A stretch of DNA of 64,000 nucleotides from Amoebidium appalachense (Eukaryota > Protista > Ichthyosporea): assembly GCA_963693365.1 (NCBI GenBank), contig CAVNZM010000008.1, forward strand, positions 992,001 through 1,056,000, written 5' to 3'. The position numbers were made by a program, and so were the translations under genes. Position 1 is the stretch's first letter; each line of letters opens with the position of its first letter. Positions 23,424 through 37,178 of the stretch are shown in pieces. The notes under the pieces are model-generated. The model saw nothing but the letters and a program-made list of their open reading frames with translations, was not told where the DNA came from and ran no database searches.

Positions 23424-24164
23424 GAAGGGAAGGAGGGGGGGGAGAGAGCGAGAAAGAGAGTGAGAGGGAGAGGGAGAGAGAGTGTGTGTAGGAGTAGAGA
23501 GATTTGAGAGCTTTAGGGGGGGGGGGGGGGAGAGAGAGAGAGAGAGAGGGAGAAGGAGAACGGGGGGGGGGGGGGGGGGTCGGAAGGAGAACAACGGTCA
23601 AAAGAATCACCGAGGTTTGGAAAAGAATAAACAAACAGGATGACTGATACACGGGGGCGGGGGCGGGGGGGGGGGGGGGGGGGGGGGAGATAGGCTGGAA
23701 AAAAGATAGATAGTAGCCAGGGCAAAAAGTTGAAAACAAAATATTCAAAACCATGGAAGACGCAGGTTGGTGAACGATGGGCAAGAGAGGGGTTAGCTAA
23801 ACGAAGGAACTAAAGACAAAAAGGATCCAGTCTCTCCTTTCCCTGTTTCACATCCCCCCTCCGTCTCTCTTAGATGCCCAACCCTCCCCTGAAAGCCCCC
23901 AAAACGTGCGCGCGCACACACACAAAAATCTAGAGCACCACAGTCTTACGAACCCCCCCCCCCCCCCCCCCCCCTCCCCTCCTCCCCCCCAACCCTTGGG
24001 GGTCCACCATCGTTTCCAGCCCTGAAAACAGAACGATCTTCTATTCTATTTATAATTTCCTCAAAGATGGGTGCAACTTTTACAGCCCGAGTCTCTCTCG
24101 TGTGCGGAGAATTCCCTTCCCATCTCCCCCTCCCCCCCCCCCCCCCCCCCCCTCCCTCCCTCTC

Positions 24165-24199
<35 letters not shown>

Positions 24200-24718
24200 C
24201 TCTACTCTTTGCGAAGAAGGAACACGCCACCACCCCCGCCCACATAACCACCTTGCAATATAGAACCAAGACGCCCATACCTGGTTGATAACACCAAACT
24301 GCATGATCTGCCACTTGCGAATGTACGCCCAGCGATAGTCCTCTTCGTGGCCATTGTAACCGCCCTTCCTTGCAAAGTTGTAGGTCAAGCGAAGGCCCCA
24401 GCAGAAGACGATGACACACTGGATAACCAGGCGGGGATGTGTGACAGCTGAGGAAAAGAAAGGCCAGGCAGCAAAGACAGAAAGATAGAAGATGGGGAGG
24501 AGAGACCACATGCGGTCAACAAGGAACGTCAACTTGAGAGCGACCGAGTGAAGGTAGGTGATGATGGTGAGGATGATGCATGCTGCAAGACACAAGAAGA
24601 GAGGGTCGCACTGTGCCGACCACCCTATGTTAAGGTATTCTGTCGGCTCTGCTGCTTCAAACAGCGCCCATGTTCGGTTCAGGTTGGCCAACGCCGTGTC
24701 TAAATCGGCTGCAGTCAT
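22281..24718 (-). CDS. DUF1295 (steroid 5-alpha-reductase-like) membrane protein, 2 exons (24718-24281, 22823-22281), ~326 aa
   Basis: VDRMWSLLP, WGLRLTYNFARKGGY..EEDYRW, ETLADQQQWTFQ, GFLTKGLFSLTRHPNFFCE, STWFTELISCGKYPEY..YQ; phase-0 GT-AG intron. Confidence 0.92.
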
Positions 24719-24729
24719 GTTTCCGCGGC

Positions 24730-25182
24730 CAGGAAAAGCGCTCTGAAAAACTTTTGCTGTGGAAACTTTCTGGAATCGCAAAACAACAAAAAAATAACGA
24801 ACGGGGCTCCCGGCCAGTCGGGGCACGAGGGAGAGAGAAATATGATTGGTGGAGTTTGGCGCCAAACACGGACATGACACGGAGGTTTTCCTATTGGTGT
24901 ATTGATTGTGACGAAGGCCATATATGGCAGGCCATTTTCATGAATAGTGAATGAGTTTAAATTACCAATGTGAGCTGCGCATTAGTTCTTAATGAAATAT
25001 TAATCTCAAAAAATAAAATGTTTAAAGTATTAAGTTGCGGAAAAGGTCAGGTAATTCTTTGACTCGTTCAGTCGTACTGTATAAAAGGCCGCCAAATGGT
25101 CACATAGTTTCGTTCACCTCCCATTTTTCCACCCATCCCTGGCATTTCCTTTTCCCTCTTGCTTTGTTTTCCAAACGCCACC
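24730..25182. promoter_or_regulatory. Short divergent promoter between the DUF1295 and ADH genes
   Basis: ATTGG/CCAAT at ~24845, ~24893 and ~24965; TATAAAA at ~25080 upstream of the ADH ATG. Confidence 0.55.
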
Positions 25183-25428
25183 ATGACTACCAAGGTGAAC
25201 ACTATGGCTGCTCACGATGCCAGTGGCATCGTTAGCCCGCTAGTACACGAGCGTCGTGCAGTTGGGGCTAAGGATGTGCTTATGCGGATCAAGTATTGTG
25301 GCATTTGCCACAGCGACCTGCACACTATCCGGAGTGAGTGGGGCCCGGCAAACTACCCGTGCTGTCCAGGCCACGAGCTTGCCGGCGAGGTGAGTTGGCA
25401 TAGTTTTTCTCTTTCTCTTTCTCTGTAC

Positions 25429-25460
<32 letters not shown>

Positions 25461-25510
25461 GTTTGCAGACCTGCATATTCATGTCTCTGCGTGTTCGGTG
25501 GTGACCAGAT

Positions 25511-25550
<40 letters not shown>

Positions 25551-26720
25551 GCGGGCCTGGAGGGGCGAAGCGCCCAGCAAAAGTCAAGCTTGTGTTTTTC
25601 TGGGGCGAAAGGGTCGGGGAAGGGGGGGGGGGGTAGGGGTGGGGGGGTGTAGCCCTAGCCAAAGTCACACTTTGGTTTGAAGACAGGTTGACTGTTTGAT
25701 CTACGTACACATACACTGCGAAGGTCAGGTATATACCACATGTGCATATCACACCCCTATTGAATGTGGTATAGCCAAGCAAATGCTAAGGCTTGTTCTG
25801 CTGGCCGCAGGTTATCGAGGTTGGATCTGCTGTTACCAAGCACAAGGTGGGTGACATCGTAGGAATCGGCTGCATGGTCGACTCGTGCCGTGTGTGTGAA
25901 CACTGCAAGGCTGGCAATGAGAATTATTGCCCCAAGAAAATCCTTACGTACGGCAGCAAGCTGCCCGACGGTTATGTCACCTTCGGCGGCTACTCCACCC
26001 ACTATGTGTGCGACGAAGACTTTGTTGTGCGCATGCCGAAGAATGTGCCTCTCGCCCAGGCTGCACCCCTTCTGTGTGCCGGTGCCACGGTGTGGACCCC
26101 CATGAAGCAGCTGGGCTTCAAGGCTGGGGATAAGGTGGGGGTGCTCGGGTTGGGTGGTCTTGGCCACGTGGCTGTGAAGATTGCTTCGGCCATGGGCTGC
26201 GAGGTCACCGTTCTCTCCAGACAGGTCGGCAAGGAGGAGGAGGCAAGGAAGTAAGTGGCTCCGGGGTTTTTTTATTTTTTTATTTTTTTTATTTCGGGGG
26301 GGGGGGGGGGGGGGGGGGGGGGAGGGGGGGGGGGGGGACGGGCGGCTTCAGGCTTCAGGCTTGTTAGCGGTCGAGGTTTGATAAAGAGCTATCGTTATTA
26401 TTTAAGCTTGCGAGGAGGAAGGAGAAGGCACGGGGAGGAAAGGGGAAGGGCTTGTTGTTGAAGTGACGGGGGGTTTGGGCTTGGGAGGGAGAGGGGGGAA
26501 AGGGGGGGTATTGCATGCATATGAGGTTGTAGTGGATGTCGGTGCAGGTGTGAAAAGGAGTAGGTGAGGGTACGAAATTGGGGAAAGGGGAGGGGGCCTG
26601 GGGCTGGGGGGGAAGCTTGACTTCATGGTATACATAAGATTGATAGCCCTGTTGGGACTGAGCTGCACGGTCTGCCTCATGATAAGGGGTGGTGGTGGTG
26701 GTGGGCTGTGCTGGGGTGAA

Positions 26721-26752
<32 letters not shown>

Positions 26753-27625
26753 CGGAGCTTATTATGGGTGGGACGTGAAGGTTGTGGGTTCATATTCGGC
26801 TTCGCCGGGTTGGGGGGAAGGAGGGCATAGAAACCAGTGGTGACTGACAGCAAGACCTTTAACATGGGTAGTCCGTCTAATGACCCCTTTTCCTTCACAG
26901 GATGGGGGCCAAGCACGTGCTGATCACGTCCAACAAAGAGGCCATAGATGCCGCCACCGGCTCTCTCAACTACATCATCGACACCGTGTCTGCGCCCCAC
27001 GACCTCTCCACCTACCTCAACCTGCTGCAGACACACGGCACACTGGTCACCGTCGGTGCCCCCCCTGAGCCGCTGCCCCTGCCCCTGTTCTCTCTCATCA
27101 TGCGCAATATCCGCATCATGGGAAGTCTGATTGCAGGCATCCCCGGCACCCAGGACATGTTGGACTTCTGCGATGAGGTGCGTAGTCGTGTGCCTGTGCT
27201 CCGGGGCAGTTCTTTGGGATGAGCATTTATAAGTTTAGCTTAGTTTAATGTCCCCCCCCCCCCCCCCCCCCCCCCCAACCCACCACCACCACCAACTACC
27301 AGTCCCACTACCTTTCAACTGCCACCCTACTCAACATGGCCTTACACACTGGTACCCACAAGATCTGTTATAGTGTGGCTGGGGCTTGCAACATAGGCAC
27401 TGTGGCACACAAGAAGTTTGTCGTTGCTAGCTAGGTTTGCAACTTTATTGCTTGGTCCAGTTGCACTGTGTTCTGACATGCCTAAACTTGCAGCACAAGA
27501 TTGGGGCGGAAATTGAGCTTATCTCGGCCGACTACATCAACAAGGCCATGGACCGTCTGCAGGCCTCTGACGTGCACTACCGCTTTGTCATCGACATCGA
27601 GAACACACTGCCCCTGGCCCAGTAA
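25183..27625 (+). CDS. NADP-dependent zinc alcohol dehydrogenase (CAD/AdhC/YahK family), 4 exons (25183-25389, 25811-26250, 26901-27177, 27494-27625), ~351 aa
   Basis: [13 protein letters not shown], CxxCxxC..C zinc loop, [43 protein letters not shown]. Confidence 0.95.
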
Positions 27626-28365
27626 GCTAGCTAAGTCTGCTTCAAGTAGTACAGTAGTCCTGCTGTAGCCCTGTAGCGAACTTGAATTATAAGCCGAGTC
27701 TGTATGGTGAATGACAGGTACTTATTCGAATGACAGGTGCATAGTTGTGTGCTGGACACACGGTTTTCATGGAAGTCCTATGTGTACACAACAAGCTGCA
27801 CTTTCACAAAATGTAGGAAGGTAGTGGAAGACAAATAAAGGTTCATCAAGACTTTCTGTCTCTTTCAGACGGAAAAAGAGGGCATAGGAAACATCTATGT
27901 TCCCTCCAACAATATATATGGCTTCCCCCCTCCACAGTCCCTCAGGAGTCAGTCCCCTCTACTGTCTTTGTGGGTGAGCTTTGCCATTGGGAACAGAGGA
28001 AATGGGGCTTTTATAAATGGCTCTATCAATAGGTAGTCTCAACAAATCGTTGCGATGTTGCTATAGCATGCCTGAGGGTGGACAAAAGCGTTTGTGTCGT
28101 TCTGGGAAGGTGCATTAGGAGCTTGCATGAGGTCAGTGACAAAGGCGCCCATACGAGATCATGACACGGAAGCTTTCCTATTGGACGTTTTTTGTGGACG
28201 AGAGCCGAACACCATATATGGTTATCAAACACCTTCCCTTTTTGGCATTTTCCTGAATGGTAGGGTGTTTTCTTATCCAACCATTTACATGTGTTAGTGT
28301 CTTTCGTTCTCTGAAGTTCACTCCTCGACTCGCCCTCCTATATACTGTACTATACAGACGCCACC

Positions 28366-29328
28366 ATGACTGTAAAGGTGAACACTATGTCTGCCCACGA
28401 TGCCTCGTTAGCCCGCTAGTCCATGAGCGTCGTGCAGTTGGGGCAAAGGATGTGCTTATGCGGATCAAGTATTGTGGCATCTGCCACAGCGATCTGCACA
28501 CCATCCGGAGTGAGTGGGGCCAGGCAAACTACCCGTGCTGTCCAGGCCACGAGATCGCTGGCGAGGTGAGTTGGCTTGGCTGTCTTTCACTGTATGTATC
28601 TTTATATCTCTCCCCCACCTTGTTTTGTGTGCACGTGTGGTTTGAGGGAGGGGGGAAGAAGAGGGGTGGGTGGGTGGGGGGGGGGGAAGTGTTAAGTGTG
28701 CTCTTGTGCTCGTGGCAAGGCCTAAAATGACAGCGGATTTAAGGCGTGCTTGTTTATGGCTGTACAGAAGGTGTGCATCACTCTTATTAGATGCATGTTG
28801 TGCTGAGCCTTCCTTTGCTGGCCACACGCAGGTTATCAAGGTTGGATCTGCTGTGACCAAGCACAAGGTGGGCGATCTTGTGGGCATCGGCTGCCTGGTC
28901 GACTCGTGCCGGGTGTGTGAGAACTGCAAGGCTGGTGATGATAATTATTGCCCCAAGCGGGTCGGCACATACGGCAGCAAACTGCCCGATGGTTATGTTA
29001 CCTTCGGCGGCTATTCTACCCACTACGTGTGCGACGAAGATTTTGTTGTGCGCATGCCCAAGAATGTGCCTTTCGCCCAGGCTGCACCCCTTCTGTGAGC
29101 CGGTGCTACAGTGTGGACTTTTATGATCCAGCTTGGCTTCAAGGCTGGGGATAAGGTGGGGGTGCTCGGCCTTGGTGGTCTTGGCCATGTGGCTGTGAGA
29201 TTGCTTCGGCCATGGGCTGCGAGGTCACAGTTCTGTTCAGAAAGGCCGGCAGGGAGGAGGAGGTGAAAAAGTAAGTGCATTCCTGTTTGATAATATTAGG
29301 CTGGGCTTCCGGTTAAGCCTGCTAGGGA

Positions 29329-29361
<33 letters not shown>

Positions 29362-29605
29362 CTGGGACTCGGTTAAACCGTTTTGGTCGAAGGGAAGGTG
29401 AAGAGTGTACTGATAAACTATTGGGTGTGCTGAGGTAGAGGACAACCTGTTGCAACTTCTGCTGGGAAGGTGCCGTGGGGAGGAGGGATGGTCAAAGTAT
29501 CACATTGGGAAGAAAGTGGAGGGTAGGAGGCCAGAAATGGTCATCAGGGCTGAAAGAGTAAGAGCTTGATGGAATATGGGCCAGGATGGTTTTTTTTTTT
29601 TTTTT

Positions 29606-29656
<51 letters not shown>

Positions 29657-30424
29657 GGCAATGGTTACTGACAGCGAGGTAAAAACTCGGCATGGGCTAA
29701 CGTTCATGTTTTTCCTTGAGGATGGGGGCCAAGCACGTGCTGATCACGTCCAACAAGGACGCCATGGATGCTGCCACGGCCTCTCTCAACTACATCATCG
29801 ACACCGTGTCTGCGCCCCACGACCTCTCCACCTACCTCAACCTGCTGCAGACACACGGCACACTGGTCACCGTCGGTGCCCCCCCTGAGCCGCTGCCACT
29901 GCCCCTGTTCTCCCTCACTCTGCGCAACATCCGCATCATGGGGAGTCTGATTGCAGGCATCCCAGGCACCCAGGACATGTTGGACTTCTGTGATAAGGTT
30001 CGTGTTCAATGGCTGTGGGTTTGGGCCGTGTTGTGAGATTGCCATTGGAATAGGCAAACGGAGTCTTATGAGCTAGATCTGGGCTCGAGCCGTTGTCCCC
30101 CCCCCCCCCCCCCCCCCCCCCCCCACCACCACCATCACCACCACCACCACACGGGGCCTGCTGTTGGTCTCGAACCCCGGCCGAACCCATGCACACACGA
30201 TTTGGAAAGTGTTCAGTTTAAGCATTATATATGGCACACACGAAGTTTTTGCACCACCCACGCACCGTGTTCTTACCCGCCTATCACTGCAGCACAAGAT
30301 TGGGGCGGAAATCGAGCTGATCTCAGCCGACTACATCAACAAGGCCATGGACCGTCTGCAGGCCTCCGATGTGCACTACCGCTTTGTCATCGACATCGAG
30401 AACACACTGCCCCTGCCACAGTAA
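28366..30424 (+). pseudogene. Tandem duplicate ADH pseudogene (exons 28366-28565, 28832-29270, 29721-29997, 30293-30424)
   Basis: Same exon structure as the upstream ADH, but with a 7 nt deletion after 28404 (AGTGGCA lost), Cys TGT>TGA stop at 29096-29098, a 1 nt deletion near 29198 and a GAG acceptor at 29720. Confidence 0.9.
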
Positions 30425-32030
30425 ACTTTAAAGCAAGTTCTAGCTATAGGATAGCAGAATGTAGAAAACTACAGGTGCTGTGGGCGCCTACATAGAATTA
30501 GTCGGCACACATGCTGGCTTGTCAGTGCCAAACTCTTGTAGAAATTGTTACGGTTAACGCACATACAATGCAGAAAAAGTGGGGGTGAAGATGAGATGTC
30601 CACTTTTCGCTAAGTTAAATGACCAGCCCCCCCCCCCCCCCCCCCCTTTTCCCCACCCTCCGGATCCCATCCCTCTGTCGAGTGTGTTTTGTGTGTTTTC
30701 TTGCTGCAGGCACAACTTGGGAGGCGAAGCCAGGGAAGGCAAATGTTTGATTGGGATGTTCCACACCCAATAATCGGTACAACACATGTCCTTCGCACTT
30801 TTTTTCACACATGCTGCTTCCACGGACGTGCACACGCACATATAGCACCGTAACACATCACTACACCCACATATGTATTCACACATGTACATATGTTTAC
30901 AAGCACCCAGGCAGTACCGTTTTACTCAGGCGCATAATGCACGTGCATTGTGACACACGCACACATATACATGTACACACACAACCATGACACACACACA
31001 AGCACACATTCACATACATATTCACGAAACCCACATGCACACACACACGTCTGTGCCGTGACCTCCAACCAGATCACCCGAGCTACCATGAACCACGAAT
31101 TCGAACCCATTTTCAGCACATCCCGAACATTGTACTCCACCCCCTGCCCCGAGCCCCCCCCACGACCTCGGCACACACAAATGTACTCCCGAGCATCATG
31201 TGCATCCCTCCCTCCCAAACGCACGTGCACACTGACATTCATGATCATGCAGCCAGTGGGCCCATAGGCAGCAGCACATACAGGCAGAGTTCGAGATGCA
31301 TATTCTCTGCTAGTTCTATGTTCATACAAGGCTTGGCCATACCGTCATCACGGTGCACGTGGGGAAGCTCTGGGGGTCCCCGGGGGGAGGAGGGGTGGGG
31401 TGGGGGTGGGGAGGGGGGGGGGGGGGATTAAGAAAGAAGCCGGATTGATCCGTTTTAGTTTTGTTATCCAGGGTTAAGGGGGTTCTGATAATGGATGGGC
31501 AGGCGTTTTTTTTTACACATAACCAAAGACATTGAGTCCACGTAAAATGCTGTGCTCGGTTTACTGATATATATCTTTATTCTCATTCGCTAAAGGCTGC
31601 GCTTCATACGCTGCAAGTCTTACAAACTAATCATGTGCATGGCCCAAAATGGAAAAAACAACCTACTCGAGTCCACACGTACACCAGTACATTCTTTTAA
31701 TTTAAGCACTCACTCTCATTGGTGGGCAGCCTTAATTAAATTCCCCTACCACATTAAAAAGCGAAAGGCTGAAGGCAAAATATAATCTGTAACGGTTATA
31801 TCTACTATACACGATCTAAAGCTAAACCTGAAATCTCGTGTGATGTAAACGATTCAATTCGAACTAAGGAGAGAATACCACCATTTCATACATTGTCGAA
31901 AACACAAGCACATACTCTTCTTGCTCATTGCTGAGTATCTTGCTACCCAACACACCCATTACCACATGGGCCACACACAACCCCGTACAGTAAAGTATAC
32001 CATTTTTTCACGTTCTTTACCGTATTAGTC

Positions 32031-32477
32031 TTAGAAGATGAAAGAGAGAAGTGAGCCAATAACCAGACCATAGGGAATGCAAAGCGCCATCAACGCACCA
32101 GCCCTCTCTCTCAAATGCAATGGTGCCAGTGTAGGTCCTTGTGCCATTGCATGTGTTGCATACATGCCGTTAGTCACACTAAACAGCAACATGAACACAA
32201 CAGGGAAAACATCGCTAGATGCAAAGGGTTGGGGGAGAAGGTTACCGCGTGTATAGTTGCACATGAGAAACAGAGGCACAAACACAATACGAAGCACCAC
32301 AGGAAGCCACAGGCGTGTAATTGGGATGTGGATGTGTGCTGCAAGTAGACGGCCAAGGGTGTCACCAAGATTGAACCCTACAAAGCAATAGACAGGCACA
32401 AACAGACGTCCATACGTGCTCTCGGTAGCTGCACTTGCAGCCTGTGGGGGTGGATGCGTGAGTAGCTGTGGTGGAAG

Positions 32478-32544
<67 letters not shown>

Positions 32545-32804
32545 GTGTGTGTGTGTCGTGTGTGCCTGTAAGCGCGCTCGCACGTCTGTGTATGAGTACG
32601 TGCGGGTGCAGGTGTGTGTAATGACGTCGAGGGTATACGTGTGGTTCTACTACATGTGGGCAGGACATGGGTTTGGGTTGGAGGTTAGGTGTATATCTAC
32701 ATGTGTGTGTGCTTGAGCATACGTGGCACAGCTATGTACGTGATGTGTATTACGGAGGAAAGGAGAAGGCAAGAGAAAAGCTTGTGTCTGTGTGTCTCTG
32801 AGTG

Positions 32805-32838
<34 letters not shown>

Positions 32839-35284
32839 CGTGTGTGTGCGTGCACTTAGAGCACATGCATGAGCATGTGTGCAGACGAGGGAAAGGCGTG
32901 CCCTGGGTTGTCCAATTCCCTGCACTGGCTAAAGCCCTAATCTCTTTGGTGGCTGTGATGGGGGGTTGGGGAGGAGGGCCCAGGAAGGACAGGGTAGCGA
33001 GGGCAACAATGTGGCCATGTTCGGTTTGGGATAGGTGCCTGGGTGCTGCTGGTGGTGGTCGTTTTTGGGCCGGGGGGAGGGATGGGGGGGTTTGGGTAAG
33101 GAGGGGGAGTGGGGGGGGGGGGGGGGGGGAGGAAGAGAAAACCGAAGATGGAAAAGGGGGAAGAGGGGGGAGGGGGTTGCAAATCATGGAGGTGCACACT
33201 TTTGTGTCACAACGACATGCCGTATGTTGCCTTGTGGTCACGGAGCAACACAAGCTCGGAAACACTTTTGGATTAAGAATACACGCCAGACCCAACCAGT
33301 AGGAAGCAGGGGAAAGAAAAAGGGGAGAAGGCGCAGGAAGGAAGGGGGGGGGGGGGGGGGGGGGGTGTTGGAGCTATAGGGGGGGGGGGGGGGGGTTGTA
33401 GGTGTATACCTGGATGCGCGACGTGACGACCGGGAACACAGCCAGGGTGACAGCAAACACCCCCACCACATTGGCCATGGCAGGCCAGATGCACCGTGCA
33501 AGATAGAGCCCCCCCTCCTCACTCTCACCCCTAGCACCCTCGCTCTCTTTCTCAACACCGTTCGGCTCATCCAAACACGACGTGGTGGTTGGAGCGGGGG
33601 GTCGGGATGTGTTTGCTTTGTTGCGGTAGAAGGTGACTAAGGGAAGTGAGGGTACAGCCAGAGAGAGAATAAGGCAGATGAGTATGACTGTACACGAGGC
33701 AGCAAAGTAGTAGAGGGCACTGTGGGTCGGTGAGGTACTAGCCCCACTGCTGGTCACTACCCCTGTCACGGCTACGATCATCCCTGCTAGGCCCTGCCCT
33801 AGCATCACAGCCTGTGGAGGGGAGGGGGGGGGGGGGGGGGGGGTAGGAGGGAGGCGGGTGGGGGGGCGCGGGGGGCGGGCGTGGGGGTTTGAGGGGTGGG
33901 GGGGAGGAAGGGAAGGGGAGGGGGGAGGGGGGGGGGGGGGGGGGGGGGGGGAGGGGGTCGTGTGTTTGTGTGTCTGTGTGTGTGTGTGTGTGTAAGTGTG
34001 TGTGTGCGCGCTTGTGTTGGTGTGTGTTGTTGTTGTGAGTGCATGAAAAAGAGAGGGAGAGAAAGGGGGAGAGAGTGTGAGTGAGTGAGTGAGTCCGTGA
34101 GTGAGTGAATGAGAGCGAGGGACCGAGAGAGTGAGTCAGTGGGTGTGCCTGTGTGTGTGCAGGTTGCGTGCATTCGTGCATGTCTGTGCGCGCGTGTGGG
34201 TGTGTGTGTAGTGGACGCGTGGCCTTGCGTCTGCGAGTGGCATGTGTATATGCGAGGTCTGTGTATGCTGGGTGCATGCTTGTGTGTCAGAAATCGGATA
34301 GGGGAGCGGGCAGGCGGGCGGGTGGGCGGGTTGGGGGGAAGGGGGAGGGGGCGGGGGGGAGAGGGGGGTAGCATGCATTATAGAAAACAGAGTACACATT
34401 CATGACGGACGGGCCAGGTGGGCGGGTGGGCAGGCGGGCGGGGGTGGGGTGGGGGGGTTTTGGATGCGTCAAAAAGTACGAAGTACACAAGAACAAACGG
34501 ATAACACGATGCAGAATGCAAGCCATACATAAAGAGTATGCATAATAAGCAGAGCCCATCCTCAGGGGGGGCTCACGTCATCCACCGTACCCGAGTTTCG
34601 ACCAATTCACCTCGTTAACGAAACCCAACTCAGATACTGTTGGGGGGGGGGGTGCTGGGTGGGATTTATCGTATGGGCAAGTCATGTGTGTGCATAATAT
34701 GAAATGCACGTGTTGCACGTGTGTCCGTCCATGGTGTCGCTAGAGATAGTGTGGCGGGTGTACGGTGCTTTCATTCATTTGTGGTGGTGGGTGGTCAATA
34801 GCATGGCCATGCATGCATGCAGTAGCTCCAAATAGCACCATCTATCTGCCCCACTATAGCCTGCTACACACCCATGCACCGACAGAATTCCACATCTCCT
34901 GGTTGCATACAACATACGACTACCAATACCTGTTTCCCCCCCCCCCCCCACCACCACCACCACCACCACCACCCCACCCTCCCCTCTCCCTTCTCCCCCA
35001 CATCCCCCCATCAACCATGGTTATCCACAAACAATCACACCACCCATTGTGGCGCATAGATAGCGCGCACTCACCCCGGTGTATATCTGGGGTATCTGTG
35101 ATGCCAGGCCAAATACTGCGGCCTGTAGCACGGATGTACCCACGGCACAAGCAGCAGCTAGGCCCAGCATGGAGAAGAAGAAGGTCTCAGGCCCACAGGG
35201 CACAACAACAAGCACCGTGATGAGAATAAACGCTGATAGCTGCACACACAGGGACCCACTGATGCGCAGCCCGGCTGAGTATCT

Positions 35285-35341
<57 letters not shown>

Positions 35342-36458
35342 AGGGTGAGAAGGGGGGGGATGGGGGGGGGAGGAGGGAGGGGAGGAGAGGGGGCGGGATG
35401 GGGGAGACATTGGAGGGAGCAGAGTGCGAGGAGAGGGTTAGGTTGGCCGGAGAAGAAGGAGGGAGGGGGGGGGGGGGGCAGGAGGGACCGTGAGCAAAAA
35501 GAGCAAGGGAACGGGGTGGGGATGGGAGGAGGGTTATATGAAGTACACACGTCCATGCAGAGCCACAACAGCAAACAAAGATGACGATCCAGGACACAAA
35601 ATGGCATGAACAAACGATCACACAGCTGCAGTTGGTTTGCGGATTGGATTGGAAGAGCCCATTATAAGGGGAAAGGTGGGGGGCTGGGGCGGGGGGGTAG
35701 TAACGATACACACTTGCTAATGGTGCATGGCCACGTCGCTCACACACCATGAACTCCCCCCCCCCCCCCCCGGCCACCCACCCAAAAACCACAACCCCCC
35801 TCTCCCTCCCACACACCCTCCCAAGCACACAACACAAACACCCCCCCCCCCCCCCCCCCCCCCTTCCCCTCGTGTGTCGTAGCCCCTACACACAGCCAAA
35901 CCAAGCCACAGCTGACATGAAGAGCAAAGAAATGACTGGCCATCCGTTATTAGCTACCGGAAAAGGTACCGCCCAATGTGGAAAAGGCATGTAATGTGTG
36001 CGTCTCAACGATTTATACAGCCCACTCCAGTGTCCACCTGTTAAAGAAACGCCACATGCATGCCCTCACAACCCCACACTTAAAGACACTTTGTGGTATT
36101 TTCACGCACCTGTGCTGGTACTTGACACAGACCATCAATGTGACTATGGCTATGGCCTGGAACAGGAACATCACCGTGTTGATGAAGATGCGTGCATATG
36201 TGGGTGCATCACTGAGCCGTGTGTCGTAGTATGCTGTTGCTGTGATGAAGACGTTCCAGGGGAAGAGCGCACCAAGACCCTATGAAATAAGACATTGGAC
36301 GTAAATGAGTTGCTTTTACATGTTGGTTTGTATGGAGATGGATGATGGTTGGTGTCTAGGTACACGGCGTGATGGTATTGTTGGTGAGGTATAAAAGGCA
36401 TGTGGGAGATAAATATGGTTAGGTAGCAGCAAGTGGAGACTGGGAGAAGACTGATTGC

Positions 36459-36508
<50 letters not shown>

Positions 36509-36725
36509 CATGTGTGTACACACTCTTGTGCTTGTCTCACAGTAAAAGTGCGATGTCATACTGTTGCGTGTAATGCCACGCCATTGTGTACTTCTTCACA
36601 AGTATCCAAGTATGTTTCTGGATTACAGAGGGTTGGGGAGGCAAATGTGTCAAAAAAATAGTAGACCAGAGATACACTCGAGCATAGGATTTTCCTGATG
36701 GCGGGGAGGGACTGGGGAGGCGAGA

Positions 36726-36758
<33 letters not shown>

Positions 36759-36815
36759 GGGGGGAGACCGGGACGGAGACGGAGAGAGAGAGGAGGGAGG
36801 GAAGAGGGGAGAGAG

Positions 36816-36905
<90 letters not shown>

Positions 36906-36960
36906 GGGAGAGAGAACAGGAGACAGGGTGTGGGAGTGAGAGAGAGGGCGGGGTGGGGGG

Positions 36961-37020
<60 letters not shown>

Positions 37021-37021
37021 C

Positions 37022-37056
<35 letters not shown>

Positions 37057-37135
37057 CGAGAGAGAGAGAGAGAGACTGAGGGAGAGAGAGTGAGTGGGAG
37101 TGAGAGAGAGAGAGATAGAGAGTGAGCGAGAGAAG

Positions 37136-37178
<43 letters not shown>

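Noticed and set aside
29096-29098. Selenocysteine recoding of the Cys>TGA in the second ADH
   Set aside because: The same copy has two independent frameshifts, so pseudogenisation is simpler.
31075-31115. tRNA or tRNA-SINE suggested by GGTTCGAATTC (minus strand; also ~3560 plus strand)
   Set aside because: No cloverleaf and no correctly placed upstream A box.
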